Translations under genes and position numbers: made by a program
Assembly: GCA_965207365.1 (NCBI GenBank)
Contig: OZ242281.1
Coordinates: 1,471,218-1,535,217 of the forward strand
DNA: 64,000 nt
Origin: Dehalococcoidia bacterium
GTDB lineage: Bacteria; Chloroflexota; Dehalococcoidia; Bin125
Direction of reading: 5' to 3'
Notes under the pieces: generated by a model
What the model was told of the DNA's origin: nothing
What the model saw: only the letters and a program-made list of their open reading frames with translations
Databases searched by the model: none
Shown: positions 1-10,015 of the stretch, one piece after another
How positions within the stretch are numbered: the stretch's first letter is position 1
How the letters are laid out: every line of letters starts with the position of its first letter

Positions 1-564
1 TACTTCGGGGCCGGCAACTACGACGCCGCCGTCAACCAGTACGCCCGCGCCATCGATCTCGACGCCAACTCCGCCGCCGCCTACTACAACCGGGCCAATG
101 CGCTGGTCCGCCTGGACCGCACCGAAGAAGCAGCCAATGACTACGAGCGCGCGATCGAGCTCGCCCCGGACGACCCGGACATCTACGTCAACCGTGGTCT
201 GCTGCGTCTGTTCGGCCGCGACTTCGACACCGCCGAGGGCGACTTCCGCCACGCGCTGCGCCTCAGGCCAGAGGACGGCGCGGCTCACACCAACCTTGGC
301 CTGACATTGCTGTACGAGGACCGCGCCCAAGAAGCGCTGGAGTCGTTCCAGGCCGCCGTGCGGCTCGAGCCCGAGCAGCCGGGAGCGCACTACGGACTCG
401 CCTCTGCCGCAGCCAAGATGGGCCAGGCCGACGACGCCGTCGTCGCGCTGCGCCAGGCGACCTCGCTCAACCCGCGTTACGCCGAAGCCGCCAAGACCGA
501 CGATCACTTCGACAGCCTGCGAGGCAATCAGAGCTTCGAGGCCCTCGTCAACCCCGGCGGCTAA
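1..564 (+). CDS. TPR repeat protein (5' partial, continues upstream of window)
   Basis: Frame 1 is open from base 1 to the stop at 562-564. Repeated Ala/Tyr/Asn-rich 34-aa TPR-like units (AAAYYNRANAL, DIYVNRGLL, AHTNLGLTL, AHYGLASAA). Confidence 0.7.
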   Translation, partial: YFGAGNYDAAVNQYARAIDLDANSAAAYYNRANALVRLDRTEEAANDYERAIELAPDDPDIYVNRGLLRLFGRDFDTAEGDFRHALRLRPEDGAAHTNLGLTLLYEDRAQEALESFQAAVRLEPEQPGAHYGLASAAAKMGQADDAVVALRQATSLNPRYAEAAKTDDHFDSLRGNQSFEALVNPGG

Positions 565-623
565 GCCAGATTTCTCCCATCCGGCGTTGCACGCCCAACG
601 GAGACGTGCGCGCAGCTCTGGTT

Positions 624-742
624 CCGGTCCCCTCTCCCCGTGGGAGAGGGTTAGGGTGAGGGCCGGGCCGGAGCAATAGCCGCCTCCCGCCAGATAACGG
701 GACTCCGGCGCCCTTATCCCAGCCATCTCCCAGGGGAGACCT
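624..742. repeat. MITE-like palindromic repeat, family B copy 1 (GGGAGAGGGTTAGGGTGAGG core, central CCAGATA)
   Basis: Near-identical to 43592-43753 over the core cctctccccgygggagagggttagggtgagg. Contains internal inverted repeats. Confidence 0.6.
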
Positions 743-774
743 GTACATAGTCTGGTAGGGACGAATTCGACCAG

Positions 775-930
775 GTTGTAGGGGCGACCCTTGTGGTCGA
801 CCAAGTTGTAGGGGCGACCCTTGTGGTCGCCCGAGTTGTAGGGGCGACCCTTGTGGTCGCCCGCTCTGTAGGTTGTATCTGGTCAGCCTGGCCTGCCCTG
901 CGCGGGCGACCACAAGGGTCGCCCCTACAG
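775..930. repeat. Tandem array of 3 x 30-bp hairpin units (gttgtaGGGGCGACCcttgtGGTCGCCC), family D, plus one inverted copy
   Basis: Direct copies at 775-803, 805-833 and 835-863; reverse-complement copy at 904-930. Each unit is itself an 8-bp-stem palindrome. No spacers are present. Confidence 0.85.
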
Positions 931-1062
931 GTGCTCAGAACGCCCTGAGACGGTGTTGCTGCAGGTCTGCGGGGGGAGAGGTAGTGACTTTCTCATCCCG
1001 CTGAGCAGACTCATACAAGAGTCTCACTTGTGAGCGCAGCTCAGGCGTTGTCGGTGCAGAAG

Positions 1063-1566
1063 TTACTTCAGCCGCACCGACCCTGAGCGGCCGCCGTCCT
1101 TTTCCCTCAGCCTGACGGCGTCGATGCGCATCCCCCGATCAACCGCCTTGGCCATGTCGTAGACCGTCAGCCCGGCGACGGAGACGGCGGTCAGCGCTTC
1201 CATCTCGACGCCTGTCTTACCCGAGCACCTGACTTCAGCCCGGATTGCGACCGAGGGCGGTTCGTCGACCAGGCTGAGCTCGACCAGGACCTTGTTCAGC
1301 ATCAACGGATGACAGAGCGGGATTAGCTCGTGGGTGCGTTTGGCCGCCATCACACCAGCGATTTCGGCGGTGGTCAAGACGTCCCCCTTCTTGAGGGCGT
1401 TGTTGCGAATCAGCTCCAGCGTTTTGGGCTGCATCAGCACCCGACCCTCGGCCACGGCGCGACGCTCGGTCACATCCTTCTCGCCGACATCCACCATTCG
1501 CGCGCGACCATGCGCGTCGATGTGGCTCAGCTCGGTCTGCTCAGGTGAGGCTGATTCATCCGCCAA
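1063..1566 (-). CDS. moaC: cyclic pyranopterin monophosphate synthase MoaC
   Basis: 167-aa ORF with MoaC-typical length and motifs ([18 protein letters not shown]...[21 protein letters not shown]). Confidence 0.9.
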   Translation of the reverse strand: MADESASPEQTELSHIDAHGRARMVDVGEKDVTERRAVAEGRVLMQPKTLELIRNNALKKGDVLTTAEIAGVMAAKRTHELIPLCHPLMLNKVLVELSLVDEPPSVAIRAEVRCSGKTGVEMEALTAVSVAGLTVYDMAKAVDRGMRIDAVRLREKDGGRSGSVRLK

Positions 1567-2587
1567 TGTGCGACATCTCCACGCGACCCATGGGCGGCAG
1601 GTCGTCGGTCATCGCCGCTCGCAGCTCCGAGTAGCGGTCTTCACGCACGGTCCAGATTCCGGCGATGCGCTGGTAGAGCTCCTCATCGCTGGCGCCCGAG
1701 CGCAACTGCGCCCGCAGGTCGTGTCCGACCGAAGCGAACAGGCAGGTGTAGAGCGAACCCTCGGCTGACAGCCGAGCCCTGGTGCAGTCGCCGCAGAATG
1801 GCTCGGTGACGGATGTGATGACGCCAACCTCGCCCGAGCCGTCGGTCCAGCGCCAGCGCTTGGCGACCTCGCCCTGGTAGGCCGCCTCGACCGGCTCCAG
1901 GCCTTCGACCTGTTCAAGCCGCTCGATGATTTCGCGGGCCGGCACGACTTCGTCCAGTTTCCAGCCGTTGGTCGCGCCGACATCCATGTACTCGATGTAA
2001 CGGACGATGTGTCCCGTGCCACGGAAGTGACGGGCCATATCGACAATGCCCTCGTCGTTGACGCCGCGCTTGACGACCGCGTTGATCTTGATCGGTCCCA
2101 GGCCGGCGGCAGCCGCCGCATCGATGCCCTCGAGCACGCGCTCGGGCGGGAAATCAACGCCGTTCATTTCCTTGCAGATTTCCGGATCGACCGAATCGAG
2201 GCTGACAGTGACTCTGTCGAGCCCGGCATCCTTCAACTCCGGCGCCATCGAGACCAGCCGCGACCCGTTAGTGGTCAGTGCGATGTCGATATCGGGCAAC
2301 GAGTCTCGCAACATGCGAATCAGCGTCGGCAGCTCGGCCCTGACCGTCGGTTCGCCGCCGGTCAGACGCAGCTTGCGCAGTCCCATCCGACCAAACACGT
2401 TGACCACCCGGACAATTTCTTCGAAGGTCAAGATTGCGTCGCGTGGCAGAAACTCGTATCCCGGACCAAAGATCTCCTTGGGCATGCAGTAGGGGCAGCG
2501 GAAGTTGCAGCGATCGGTGACTGATACCCGCAGATCGGCAAAGCGACGACCCAGCCGGTCGACCGGTGGATCAGTTACGTCGTTCAT
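1556..2587 (-). CDS. moaA: GTP 3',8-cyclase MoaA (radical SAM)
   Basis: [10 protein letters not shown] radical-SAM cysteine motif and C-terminal second cluster ([18 protein letters not shown]). Overlaps the moaC start. Confidence 0.9.
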   Translation of the reverse strand: MNDVTDPPVDRLGRRFADLRVSVTDRCNFRCPYCMPKEIFGPGYEFLPRDAILTFEEIVRVVNVFGRMGLRKLRLTGGEPTVRAELPTLIRMLRDSLPDIDIALTTNGSRLVSMAPELKDAGLDRVTVSLDSVDPEICKEMNGVDFPPERVLEGIDAAAAAGLGPIKINAVVKRGVNDEGIVDMARHFRGTGHIVRYIEYMDVGATNGWKLDEVVPAREIIERLEQVEGLEPVEAAYQGEVAKRWRWTDGSGEVGVITSVTEPFCGDCTRARLSAEGSLYTCLFASVGHDLRAQLRSGASDEELYQRIAGIWTVREDRYSELRAAMTDDLPPMGRVEMSHIGG

Positions 2588-3213
2588 GTCGACTTGTCCA
2601 GCGTCGTTGACATCGCATCGAGCGCCCAGGCCGCGTTGGCCAGCGCACGAGCGCGATGTGAGATCCGGTTCTTTTCGGCCACGTCTAGCTCCGCCATGCT
2701 CCGACCGTCGGGCAAGGCGAAGAGCGGGTCGTAGCCGAAGCCGAGGTCGCCGCGCTCATCCATCGCGATCGATCCTTCCACCACACCCTCGCCCAGCCGC
2801 AGGTTGGTCGTATAGGGAAAGGCGAGCGCGATGACGCATCGAAATCGCGCGGCTCGCCGCTCGGCAGGCACATCGGCCAGTTCGAGCAGCATCTTCGCAC
2901 GATTGGCCGCGTCGTCCGAGTCCTCACCAGCATACCGAGCGCTATAGAGACCAGGCGCGCCATCAAGCGCATCGACCTCAATGCCGGAATCGTCGGCCAG
3001 CGCCGGCAACCCCGCCGCGTTCGCATAAGAGCGAGCTTTGCGTCCGGCATTCTCGGCGTAGGTGTCGCCGTCCTCAACGACAGTGAAGTCCTTAAGCCCG
3101 ACATCGGCAGGCGCTACCAGCTCCCACTCCGATTCGACGTGAGCGTCGAATAGCGCGCGAAACTCGCGTATCTTCCCGAGATTGCCAGTGGCGATCAGTA
3201 GTCGGTGGGCCAC
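2584..3213 (-). CDS. rdgB: dITP/XTP pyrophosphatase (RdgB/Ham1 family)
   Basis: LLIATGNLGKIREF N-terminus and Ham1 motifs. 4-nt overlap with moaA. Confidence 0.85.
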   Translation of the reverse strand: MAHRLLIATGNLGKIREFRALFDAHVESEWELVAPADVGLKDFTVVEDGDTYAENAGRKARSYANAAGLPALADDSGIEVDALDGAPGLYSARYAGEDSDDAANRAKMLLELADVPAERRAARFRCVIALAFPYTTNLRLGEGVVEGSIAMDERGDLGFGYDPLFALPDGRSMAELDVAEKNRISHRARALANAAWALDAMSTTLDKST

Positions 3214-3230
3214 GGATTGTTGTCCCTAGC

Positions 3231-3334
3231 GCTCCCCCCCTTGGGGGAGCTGGCGCGGAGCGCCTGAGGGGGCCGCTGGGCGCACCGATGCCCCCTCCGT
3301 CACTTCGTGACACCTCCCCCAAAGGGGGAGGTCG
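3231..3334. repeat. Palindromic repeat, family C copy 1 (CTCCCCC-TTGGGGGAG ... CCTCCCCC-GGGGGAGG)
   Basis: Shares both hairpin modules and the gagc...ctgaggggg middle with 21641-21770. Confidence 0.6.
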
Positions 3335-3340
3335 TTCGTT

Positions 3341-4351
3341 CTAGCTGTTGTACTCGCCCTTGCGAGCTGCCGAGGTCAGACTGGCCCGCTCCTGGAAGGC
3401 TGCCTGCGCCGCTGCCACGTTCTCGGGCTTGCCGCCCCAGACAGAGAGCGGCGTCGCCTGCAGTCCACGACCGTAGGAGAAACTCAGCTCCCAGGGCGCG
3501 GACGACGATCCGGCCGCGGCCTGGTTGATCGCGTTCAGGTTGACCGTCGCTTCTTCATCCGACTGACCGCCGGAGAGGAAGACGCAGCCGGGCACCGAGG
3601 CTGGAACCGTGTTGGCAAAGACCCGCAGCGTTTCTGAGGCAACGACGTCTGCGGGAGCTCGATGCTCAGCGCTCTTGCCCGAAAGCACCATGTTGGGCTT
3701 GAGCAACGTGCCTTCGAGGTCGACATGTTGGACGGCCAACGCGGCGTATGTCGCGTGCAACGCGGCCTCGGTCGCGGCGGCGCAGGCGGCAATATCGTGC
3801 GTGCCGTCCATCAGCACCTCAGGCTCGACGATTGGCACCAGCCCCGCTTCTTGCGACAGCGCGGCGAAACGGCCTAGCGCATGCGCGTTCACGTCAAGGC
3901 AGTAGGCAGTTGGTCGATCCTCGGCAATGTCGATGACCGCGCGCCATTTGGTGAAGCGAGCGCCCTGCTCGCGGTACACCTCGAGCCGCTCGCGCATCCC
4001 GTCCAGCCCTTCGGTCACCTTCTCGTTCGGCGATCCGGCCAGGTCCTTGGCGCCCTTGTCCACCTTGACGCCGGGAATCACCCCGTTGGAGGTCAGCACC
4101 TCCACGATCGAGCGACCGTCCGACGCATGCTGGGCCAGCGTCTCTTCAAACAGGATGACGCCCGAGATCCAGTCGCCGATGCCCTCGGCAGTAAACAGCA
4201 ACTGGCGCCAGTCACGGCGATTCGTCTCTGTCGACTCCAGGCCGATGGTGTCAAACCGGCGCTTGATCGTCGGGCTCGACTCGTCCGCGGCCAGGATGCC
4301 GCGTCCCGGCGCGACCAAGGCGCGCGCGGTTTCATGCAGTTCGTTCGTCAT
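3341..4351 (-). CDS. class I fructose-bisphosphate aldolase
   Basis: ILAADESSPTIKRRF...GVILFEETL...LKPNMV, the class I (Schiff-base) aldolase signature. Start taken at MTNELHE (the 6-frame ORF extends further upstream). Confidence 0.85.
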   Translation of the reverse strand: MTNELHETARALVAPGRGILAADESSPTIKRRFDTIGLESTETNRRDWRQLLFTAEGIGDWISGVILFEETLAQHASDGRSIVEVLTSNGVIPGVKVDKGAKDLAGSPNEKVTEGLDGMRERLEVYREQGARFTKWRAVIDIAEDRPTAYCLDVNAHALGRFAALSQEAGLVPIVEPEVLMDGTHDIAACAAATEAALHATYAALAVQHVDLEGTLLKPNMVLSGKSAEHRAPADVVASETLRVFANTVPASVPGCVFLSGGQSDEEATVNLNAINQAAAGSSSAPWELSFSYGRGLQATPLSVWGGKPENVAAAQAAFQERASLTSAARKGEYNS

Positions 4352-4415
4352 TCGTGATCGCCTCTCGGGTGCTCTGACTTCGGTGGCAGACCTCTGGGTC
4401 GCCTGCCAGCCCGAT

Positions 4416-5393
4416 TTACTCGGCCAACTTCGCAACGACGCGTTCGACCACGTCGGCGTTGCCCACAATCAATGGTGTGCGCTGGTGCAGCAACTCGGGC
4501 TGCACATCGAGGATGCGCTCAACCCCCGTCGTGCCTGCGCCACCGGCCTGTTCAGCTACATAACAGAGTGGATTCGCCTCGTAGCCCAGCCGTAGCTTGC
4601 CGGCTGGCGACTTCACATCGCCCGGGTAGAGGAAGATGCCGCCCTTGAGCAGATCGCGGTGAAAATCGGCGACCAGCGAGCCCACATAACGCAGACCATA
4701 CGCATCGCGCAGACCGGCCACTGCCGCCTGCATTTGCGGATGCCAGTTGCCCTGGTTGCCTTCATTCACCGAGTACGCCGCGCACTTCGACGGAATACGA
4801 ATCTCGTTGTGCGAGTGCAGGAACTCGCCCGATTGCGGATCAAGCGTGAAGCCGTCCACGCGACCCTCGGTCGCGACGACGAGCACCGTCGACGAGCCGT
4901 AGACCACATAGACCGCGCCGCACTGTTCGCGTCCCGGACGCAGCAATGACGCCTCGGTGACGGGCAAATCGTCGGCGCGCTTGTAGATCGCGAAGATCGA
5001 GCCAATCGTCACGGCGACATCGATGTTTGACGAGCCGTCAACCGGATCAAACAACGCGATGTAGGGATGGTCGGCCGCGTCGGAGACAAACACGGCCTCC
5101 TCGAGCTCCTCACAGGCCAGCGCCGCGACGGCGCCGCAATCACGCAGTGAGGAGACGAAGGCGTCGGTGCCGGCGGCATCGAGCACTTGCACGATCTCGC
5201 CCTGCACGTTCATTTCTCCGGTGTCGCCCAGCACGCCGGCCAAGGCGGCGCGACGTGTGAGTCCATCGACGCGTTTGGCGCCGTCCGCGATTGCGCCGAC
5301 GACGGTCAGAAAGCCATCACCGACCAACTCGGCCGGCGCCGTTTGCGCGATGACATCTGACAGGGTTTGCACTGTGTTGCCCGCGTCCGCCAT
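4416..5393 (-). CDS. fbp: fructose-1,6-bisphosphatase class 1
   Basis: DPVDGSSNIDVAVTIGSIFAIY and GKLRLGYEANP motifs. Start taken at MADAGNT. Confidence 0.85.
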   Translation of the reverse strand: MADAGNTVQTLSDVIAQTAPAELVGDGFLTVVGAIADGAKRVDGLTRRAALAGVLGDTGEMNVQGEIVQVLDAAGTDAFVSSLRDCGAVAALACEELEEAVFVSDAADHPYIALFDPVDGSSNIDVAVTIGSIFAIYKRADDLPVTEASLLRPGREQCGAVYVVYGSSTVLVVATEGRVDGFTLDPQSGEFLHSHNEIRIPSKCAAYSVNEGNQGNWHPQMQAAVAGLRDAYGLRYVGSLVADFHRDLLKGGIFLYPGDVKSPAGKLRLGYEANPLCYVAEQAGGAGTTGVERILDVQPELLHQRTPLIVGNADVVERVVAKLAE

Positions 5394-5675
5394 GGAGATC
5401 CCGCCCGTTCTGCGCTGCTGCACCGCGGTTGTTTCGAAGTGGCCGCGCAGTTTTACTGTTGGGCGGATCGTCGCAGCCCGCACGCGCCTGATCAAGTACC
5501 GGGGGACTACCACTCGACTGAGTGGCGTACGATGAAACAACCACGCTCGGAATCGAGGTTCTGCTCGCAGATTCGGTGTCCGTCTTGCCGGCCTGCGATC
5601 CGGACCACGAGGCCAACTACGAGCTCGGCAACGAGCCCGACCACAATGCCATGAAGCGGATCAACGAGCGAGCAC

Positions 5676-7136
5676 ATGTCGTCAACTGCCAGCAGCGGCA
5701 AACCACTATCAAACTACGGCGACGCAGTCGACTGGCTGATGTCGTTCGCCGATTTTGAGCGCGGATCGGGACCACGGCGGGCCATGGGCGATTTCGCGCT
5801 CGACCGGATCCGTTCGATCCTGCGCCGCCTGGGCGATCCGCAGCACGGCCGGATCACGATTCATATCGCCGGCAGTAAGGGCAAAGGATCGACCGCCGCG
5901 ATGATCGAGTCGGTGCTGCGCGCCGCAGGATTCCGCACCGGTCTGTTCACCAGCCCACACTTGCACGACTTTACCGAGCGCATCCGCATCCTCGGCGCAC
6001 CGTTGCCGGACTTTGAATTCGCCCGGCTCTGCGAGCAATTGCGTCATGTGATCGAGGCCGAACAGGCCGCAGATCCCGGGCACATCAGCACGTTTGAAAT
6101 CCTCACTGCGCTCAGCTTTCACGCCTTCCACGCGAACGATATCGATGTGCAGATCGTCGAGGTCGGGCTGGGCGGCCGGCTCGATTGCACCAACGTGTTC
6201 TCGCGCACCGACGCGGCCGTGATCACCTCGCTCTCGCACGAACACACCGACATCCTGGGAGACAAGATCACACAGATCGCGTCGGAAAAAGCCGGCATCA
6301 TCAGTGCCGCCTGCCAGCACGTGATCCTCGCGCCACAGCGCTATGCCGAGGCAGCGGATGTGGTCCGTAACGCAGCCGACGACGTACCCGTACCGCTGAT
6401 CGACGTGGGCCTCGACTACCTGTCCGAGACAGCCGGCGTCGAGCCCTGGGGACAGTGGTTCCGCATCGGCCGGCGTCATCCGAGGCCCGGCGAGCAGCCG
6501 CGCGCGATGCACCTGTTGCCACTGCTGGGCCGTCACCAGATCGACAATGCGCTGTCCGCAATCGCCACGATTGACTCGCTGAATGCGTCAGGCGTCGTGG
6601 CCGTGCCGTCCGAAGCGCTGCACAAGGGTCTCGCCACCGTCGCCTGGCCGGCACGGCTTGAGTCATTTGAGCTTCCCGAACTACTGGCCTCGAACGATCC
6701 CGGTGGCGCGCCCACCGTCGTGATCGACGGCGCTCACAATGCCGAGTCGGTGCAGCGAGCGCTCGACGCTTGCCGTGAGTATTTCCCCCACAACCAGCTC
6801 CATGTCATCTTCGGCGTCCTCGGCGACAAGGCGCTGCAAGACATGGCCAACATCATCCAGACGCGTAGCGATCGCGTGTATGCGACCACCTCCGATCATC
6901 CTCGGGCTCGTCCACCACAGCAGGTCGCCGAGGCATTTGCCGACGCCGATTGGGACGGCGAGATCGTCGTGCTCGACGAACCCCACGCTGCGCTCAGCGC
7001 TGCGGGTCAGTCGGCGCATGCCGGCGATGTCATCCTCGTGCTCGGATCCCTCTCCCTTGCCGCCGACGCGCGACGCCTGTTGAGTGCCCCGCTGGAGACA
7101 CGCATCGTCCGCAGAGCCGAGGATCCCACCCTATGA
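5676..7136 (+). CDS. folC: bifunctional folylpolyglutamate synthase / dihydrofolate synthase (Mur ligase family)
   Basis: IHIAGSKGKGST P-loop, Mur-ligase middle domain (VIEVGLGGRLD) and C-terminal domain. Confidence 0.85.
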   Translation: MSSTASSGKPLSNYGDAVDWLMSFADFERGSGPRRAMGDFALDRIRSILRRLGDPQHGRITIHIAGSKGKGSTAAMIESVLRAAGFRTGLFTSPHLHDFTERIRILGAPLPDFEFARLCEQLRHVIEAEQAADPGHISTFEILTALSFHAFHANDIDVQIVEVGLGGRLDCTNVFSRTDAAVITSLSHEHTDILGDKITQIASEKAGIISAACQHVILAPQRYAEAADVVRNAADDVPVPLIDVGLDYLSETAGVEPWGQWFRIGRRHPRPGEQPRAMHLLPLLGRHQIDNALSAIATIDSLNASGVVAVPSEALHKGLATVAWPARLESFELPELLASNDPGGAPTVVIDGAHNAESVQRALDACREYFPHNQLHVIFGVLGDKALQDMANIIQTRSDRVYATTSDHPRARPPQQVAEAFADADWDGEIVVLDEPHAALSAAGQSAHAGDVILVLGSLSLAADARRLLSAPLETRIVRRAEDPTL

Positions 7137-8404
7137 CCGAATCAGCGACCGCCCCAGACCAATCCGCGAGAACCCGAGTGGTCATCAGCGGCATGGGGGC
7201 GGTCTCTCCGTACGGACCGGGCGTCGATCTGATGTGGAACAATCTGCTCGCCGGCGAGAGCGCGATCAAGCCGATTGAGAACTTCGACGTCTCAGGATTC
7301 AGTTGCACGATCGGTGGCGAGATTCGCGACTTCGACGCGCGCGACTTCATCGAACGTAAGTCGGCTCGCCGCATGGCCCGCTTTACACAGTTCGCCGTCG
7401 CTGCCGCACGCGAAGCGATCGAGGACGCGCAGCTCGACCTGGACGCGCTTGACCGCAGCCGGATCGGCGTCGTGCTCGGCAATGGCGCCGGCGGTTACCC
7501 CGAAATCCAGGCGGCCGCGAGCAAGTTGTTCGACCGTGGTGGGATGCGGCTCGATCCGCTCTTCCTGCCCAAAGTGCTACCCAATATGGCCGCCGCCAAT
7601 ATCGCGATGCAATTCGGACTGCTGGGCTACAACACGACCGTCGTCACCGCCTGCGCCGCCGGTACGCAGGCGCTCGGGGACGCCGCCAACGTGATCCGCA
7701 ACGGACAGGCCGACATTGTTATCTCAGGCGGGACTGAAGCCGGCTTCTGTCAGCTCGGTCTCGGCGGCTTCGCCGTCATGCGCGCCCTGTCAGGGCGAAA
7801 CGAGGAACCGACTGCCGCATCACGTCCCTTCGACGCCGACCGCGACGGATTCGTCCCTGGTGAGGGCGCGGGCATCATCATCCTCGAATCTGAAGCATCT
7901 GCCCGGCGTCGCGGCGTCGATTACGCCGTCGAACTGGCCGGCTTCGGCTCTTCAGCCGACGCTCACCACCTGGTCATGCCGGACGCCGACGGGGCTGGAC
8001 CGATCCGCGCGATCAATTGGGCCCTGGAAGACGCCGGCATCGAGCCGGAAGCCATCGACTACGTCAACGCTCACGGCACGTCGACGCCGCTCAACGACGC
8101 ATCCGAAACCCGAGCGCTCAAGATCGCCCTGGGCGAAGCAGCACACCACACGCCGATTTCGTCGACCAAGTCAATGATCGGTCACATCTTCGGCGGCGCG
8201 GGCGGACTCGAGTCGATCGCCGCGATCAAGTCGATCTCCGAGGGCAAGCTGCATCCAACAATCAACTACACCACGCCGGACCCCGACTGCGACCTCGATT
8301 ACGTCCCCAACGAGTCTCGAGAGGCCGAAGTCAACGCAGTGCTGAAGAACTCGTTCGGCTTCGGAGGCCAAAACGCCTGCCTGGTGTTCCGCCGCATTTC
8401 CTAA
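7133..8404 (+). CDS. fabF: 3-oxoacyl-ACP synthase II
   Basis: Intact catalytic Cys (VVTACAAG), His (NAHGTSTP) and His (GHIFGGAGG). ATGA start/stop overlap with folC. Confidence 0.9.
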   Translation: MTESATAPDQSARTRVVISGMGAVSPYGPGVDLMWNNLLAGESAIKPIENFDVSGFSCTIGGEIRDFDARDFIERKSARRMARFTQFAVAAAREAIEDAQLDLDALDRSRIGVVLGNGAGGYPEIQAAASKLFDRGGMRLDPLFLPKVLPNMAAANIAMQFGLLGYNTTVVTACAAGTQALGDAANVIRNGQADIVISGGTEAGFCQLGLGGFAVMRALSGRNEEPTAASRPFDADRDGFVPGEGAGIIILESEASARRRGVDYAVELAGFGSSADAHHLVMPDADGAGPIRAINWALEDAGIEPEAIDYVNAHGTSTPLNDASETRALKIALGEAAHHTPISSTKSMIGHIFGGAGGLESIAAIKSISEGKLHPTINYTTPDPDCDLDYVPNESREAEVNAVLKNSFGFGGQNACLVFRRIS

Positions 8405-9688
8405 TTGGCGTTTGACGTGAACAACCGCAGAATCAGCGCACTGCTGGTCATGGCGCTGCTGATCGGCGCTGTTGGCGGCGCGACGCTATGGAACTCCTGG
8501 CAAAACGCCGGCGGACACAGCACGGTCGACCAGACCGACCAGGAAGTGCGGGTCAGCGTCAGGCGATTGACCGACGGTCGCATCGAAGTCGGCCTACAGC
8601 AGCGTTTGCCAGGCCAGCATGGCGAGCATGGCGAGCTTAGCGACGAATGGAGCGACCGACACCTACCGGACGCTCGATTCCTGCCAACAGATGCGCCGGT
8701 CAATGCTTGGCGCCACTCTTCAGCAATCGTGGTCACGCCGATCCCAACCCCCTGCTCGCCTGACCTGCGCAGCCTCAGATTCGTGTACTTCGCGCACTTT
8801 GCTCCGGTCAGCTACGCCGCGGCCTTGCCGGACGATCCCAGTCGTCGCGAGCAGCGCGGTTATGAAGCGGACCTGATCAGCGCGATCGAGGCCATGCATC
8901 ACACCAATCTCACGTTCATCCGCGTTCCCACCGACATTTGGCCCGACATTTGGCTCGCTTCCGACGCCGCCGATGTTGATCTGATCGGCGGCGGCATCAC
9001 CATCCTCGACTCTCGCACCCGCAACGCCGACGGGCAGACCGTCGTGGCCTTCACAGACGGACACATCAGTTTCCGCCAGTCATTGCTCGTGCGCCGCGCC
9101 GACGCCGAGCGTATCGCCGCTCACGACGATCTCCGCGCGAGCGACATCGTGGGCGCCGTGCGCGCAACCACAGGTGAAGCGCGATTGTTACAACTGATCG
9201 GGGCCGCTGACCAACGCGGTGTGCTCACCGCCGGTACCAACATTGAGACGCCTCAGGGCGTCGTTACGGCCGACGGCAGCGACGACTACCGGATCAACGC
9301 CGCCCAAACCTCGCCGGCGCTCATCGAGCGCACTCGTTTGATCCCGCTTGGCGACCTACCGCAGGTGGTCTACCTCGGCGACGACGAAGCCATCTATCTC
9401 GCTGCACTCGAAGACGGTCGTATCGACGCAATCGCGCGGGGCGAAGTGGGCAACACCGAAGCTGCGCGCATCCACAACAACCGCTTCGTGGTCACCGCAC
9501 TGGACGCAACACGGGAACTGGGAGGATTTAGCCTCGCAGCGAGCGATACCGCCTTGCGCAATTGCCTCAACCGCCGCATTGACTGGCTCATCGACGGCGG
9601 CGCAATCGATTACGCAGATTGGGCTGTAGACCACACCGTCTTCATGGCTCGTGCGCAGTTATGGAACGCCCAAGCGGGTGTCGATTAG
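8405..9688 (+). CDS. membrane-anchored protein with SBP_bac_3-like (polar amino-acid binding) domain
   Basis: N-terminal TM helix (ISALLVMALLIGAVGG). The C-terminal half resembles family-3 solute-binding proteins (GYEADLISAIE...IWPDIWLASDAADVDLIGGGITIL...VAFTDG). Confidence 0.5.
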   Translation: MAFDVNNRRISALLVMALLIGAVGGATLWNSWQNAGGHSTVDQTDQEVRVSVRRLTDGRIEVGLQQRLPGQHGEHGELSDEWSDRHLPDARFLPTDAPVNAWRHSSAIVVTPIPTPCSPDLRSLRFVYFAHFAPVSYAAALPDDPSRREQRGYEADLISAIEAMHHTNLTFIRVPTDIWPDIWLASDAADVDLIGGGITILDSRTRNADGQTVVAFTDGHISFRQSLLVRRADAERIAAHDDLRASDIVGAVRATTGEARLLQLIGAADQRGVLTAGTNIETPQGVVTADGSDDYRINAAQTSPALIERTRLIPLGDLPQVVYLGDDEAIYLAALEDGRIDAIARGEVGNTEAARIHNNRFVVTALDATRELGGFSLAASDTALRNCLNRRIDWLIDGGAIDYADWAVDHTVFMARAQLWNAQAGVD

Positions 9689-9701
9689 GGTACCGACCAC
9701 G

Positions 9702-9962
9702 CTACGTTGCGCTTGGAAACGCCGGGCGATATCGCTCAGGGAGCATCTGGTCGAGCACTCGTTCGAGCGCCATCGTATGCGAGCAGGTCTTGGCGTCCTG
9801 GAAGAAGTGACAGTCGCAGTTCCAGCCATCCGCGCCGAGCTCGGCCGTGTGCGTCGTCGAGTCGCCGCGTACGTCGCAGCGCAATGACAGCACCTGGAAT
9901 CGCTCCAGCTCTTCCGCGTAGATCCGCGCCTTCTCAATCTTCGAGATGAGGCTGCTCTGCAT
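9702..9962 (-). CDS. small SWIM-type zinc-finger protein
   Basis: C-x-C-x8-C-x-H spacing (WNCDCHFFQDAKTCSHT) matches the SWIM Zn-finger pattern. Confidence 0.4.
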   Translation of the reverse strand: MQSSLISKIEKARIYAEELERFQVLSLRCDVRGDSTTHTAELGADGWNCDCHFFQDAKTCSHTMALERVLDQMLPERYRPAFPSAT

Positions 9963-10015
9963 CGCTCAACTCCCTCGAATGCTCGCCGTCGGGCAAGCAA
10001 TGGTACACCCGAATG

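Noticed and set aside
775-866. Possible CRISPR array (regular 30-bp repeats)
   Set aside because: Repeats are directly adjacent with no unique spacers. The unit is an internal palindrome of the REP/MITE type. No cas genes are nearby.
548-913. 121-aa antisense ORF translating to RPQGSPLQLG repeats
   Set aside because: Its periodicity is just the tandem DNA repeat read in-frame. There is no start or RBS context. It is an artefact of the repeat array.
1609-2524. Multiple 150-180-aa ORFs in alternative frames inside moaA (1609-2157 -, 2009-2524 +, 2046-2492 +)
   Set aside because: Arg/Ser/Pro/Ala-rich translations typical of off-frame high-GC sequence. They lie fully within a well-supported radical-SAM gene.
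4093-6666. Overlapping ORFs inside aldolase, FBPase and folC (e.g. 3927-4595 +, 5709-6536 -, 6301-6666 -)
   Set aside because: They lie within genes with strong homology-pattern support. They have no Shine-Dalgarno sites and biased composition.
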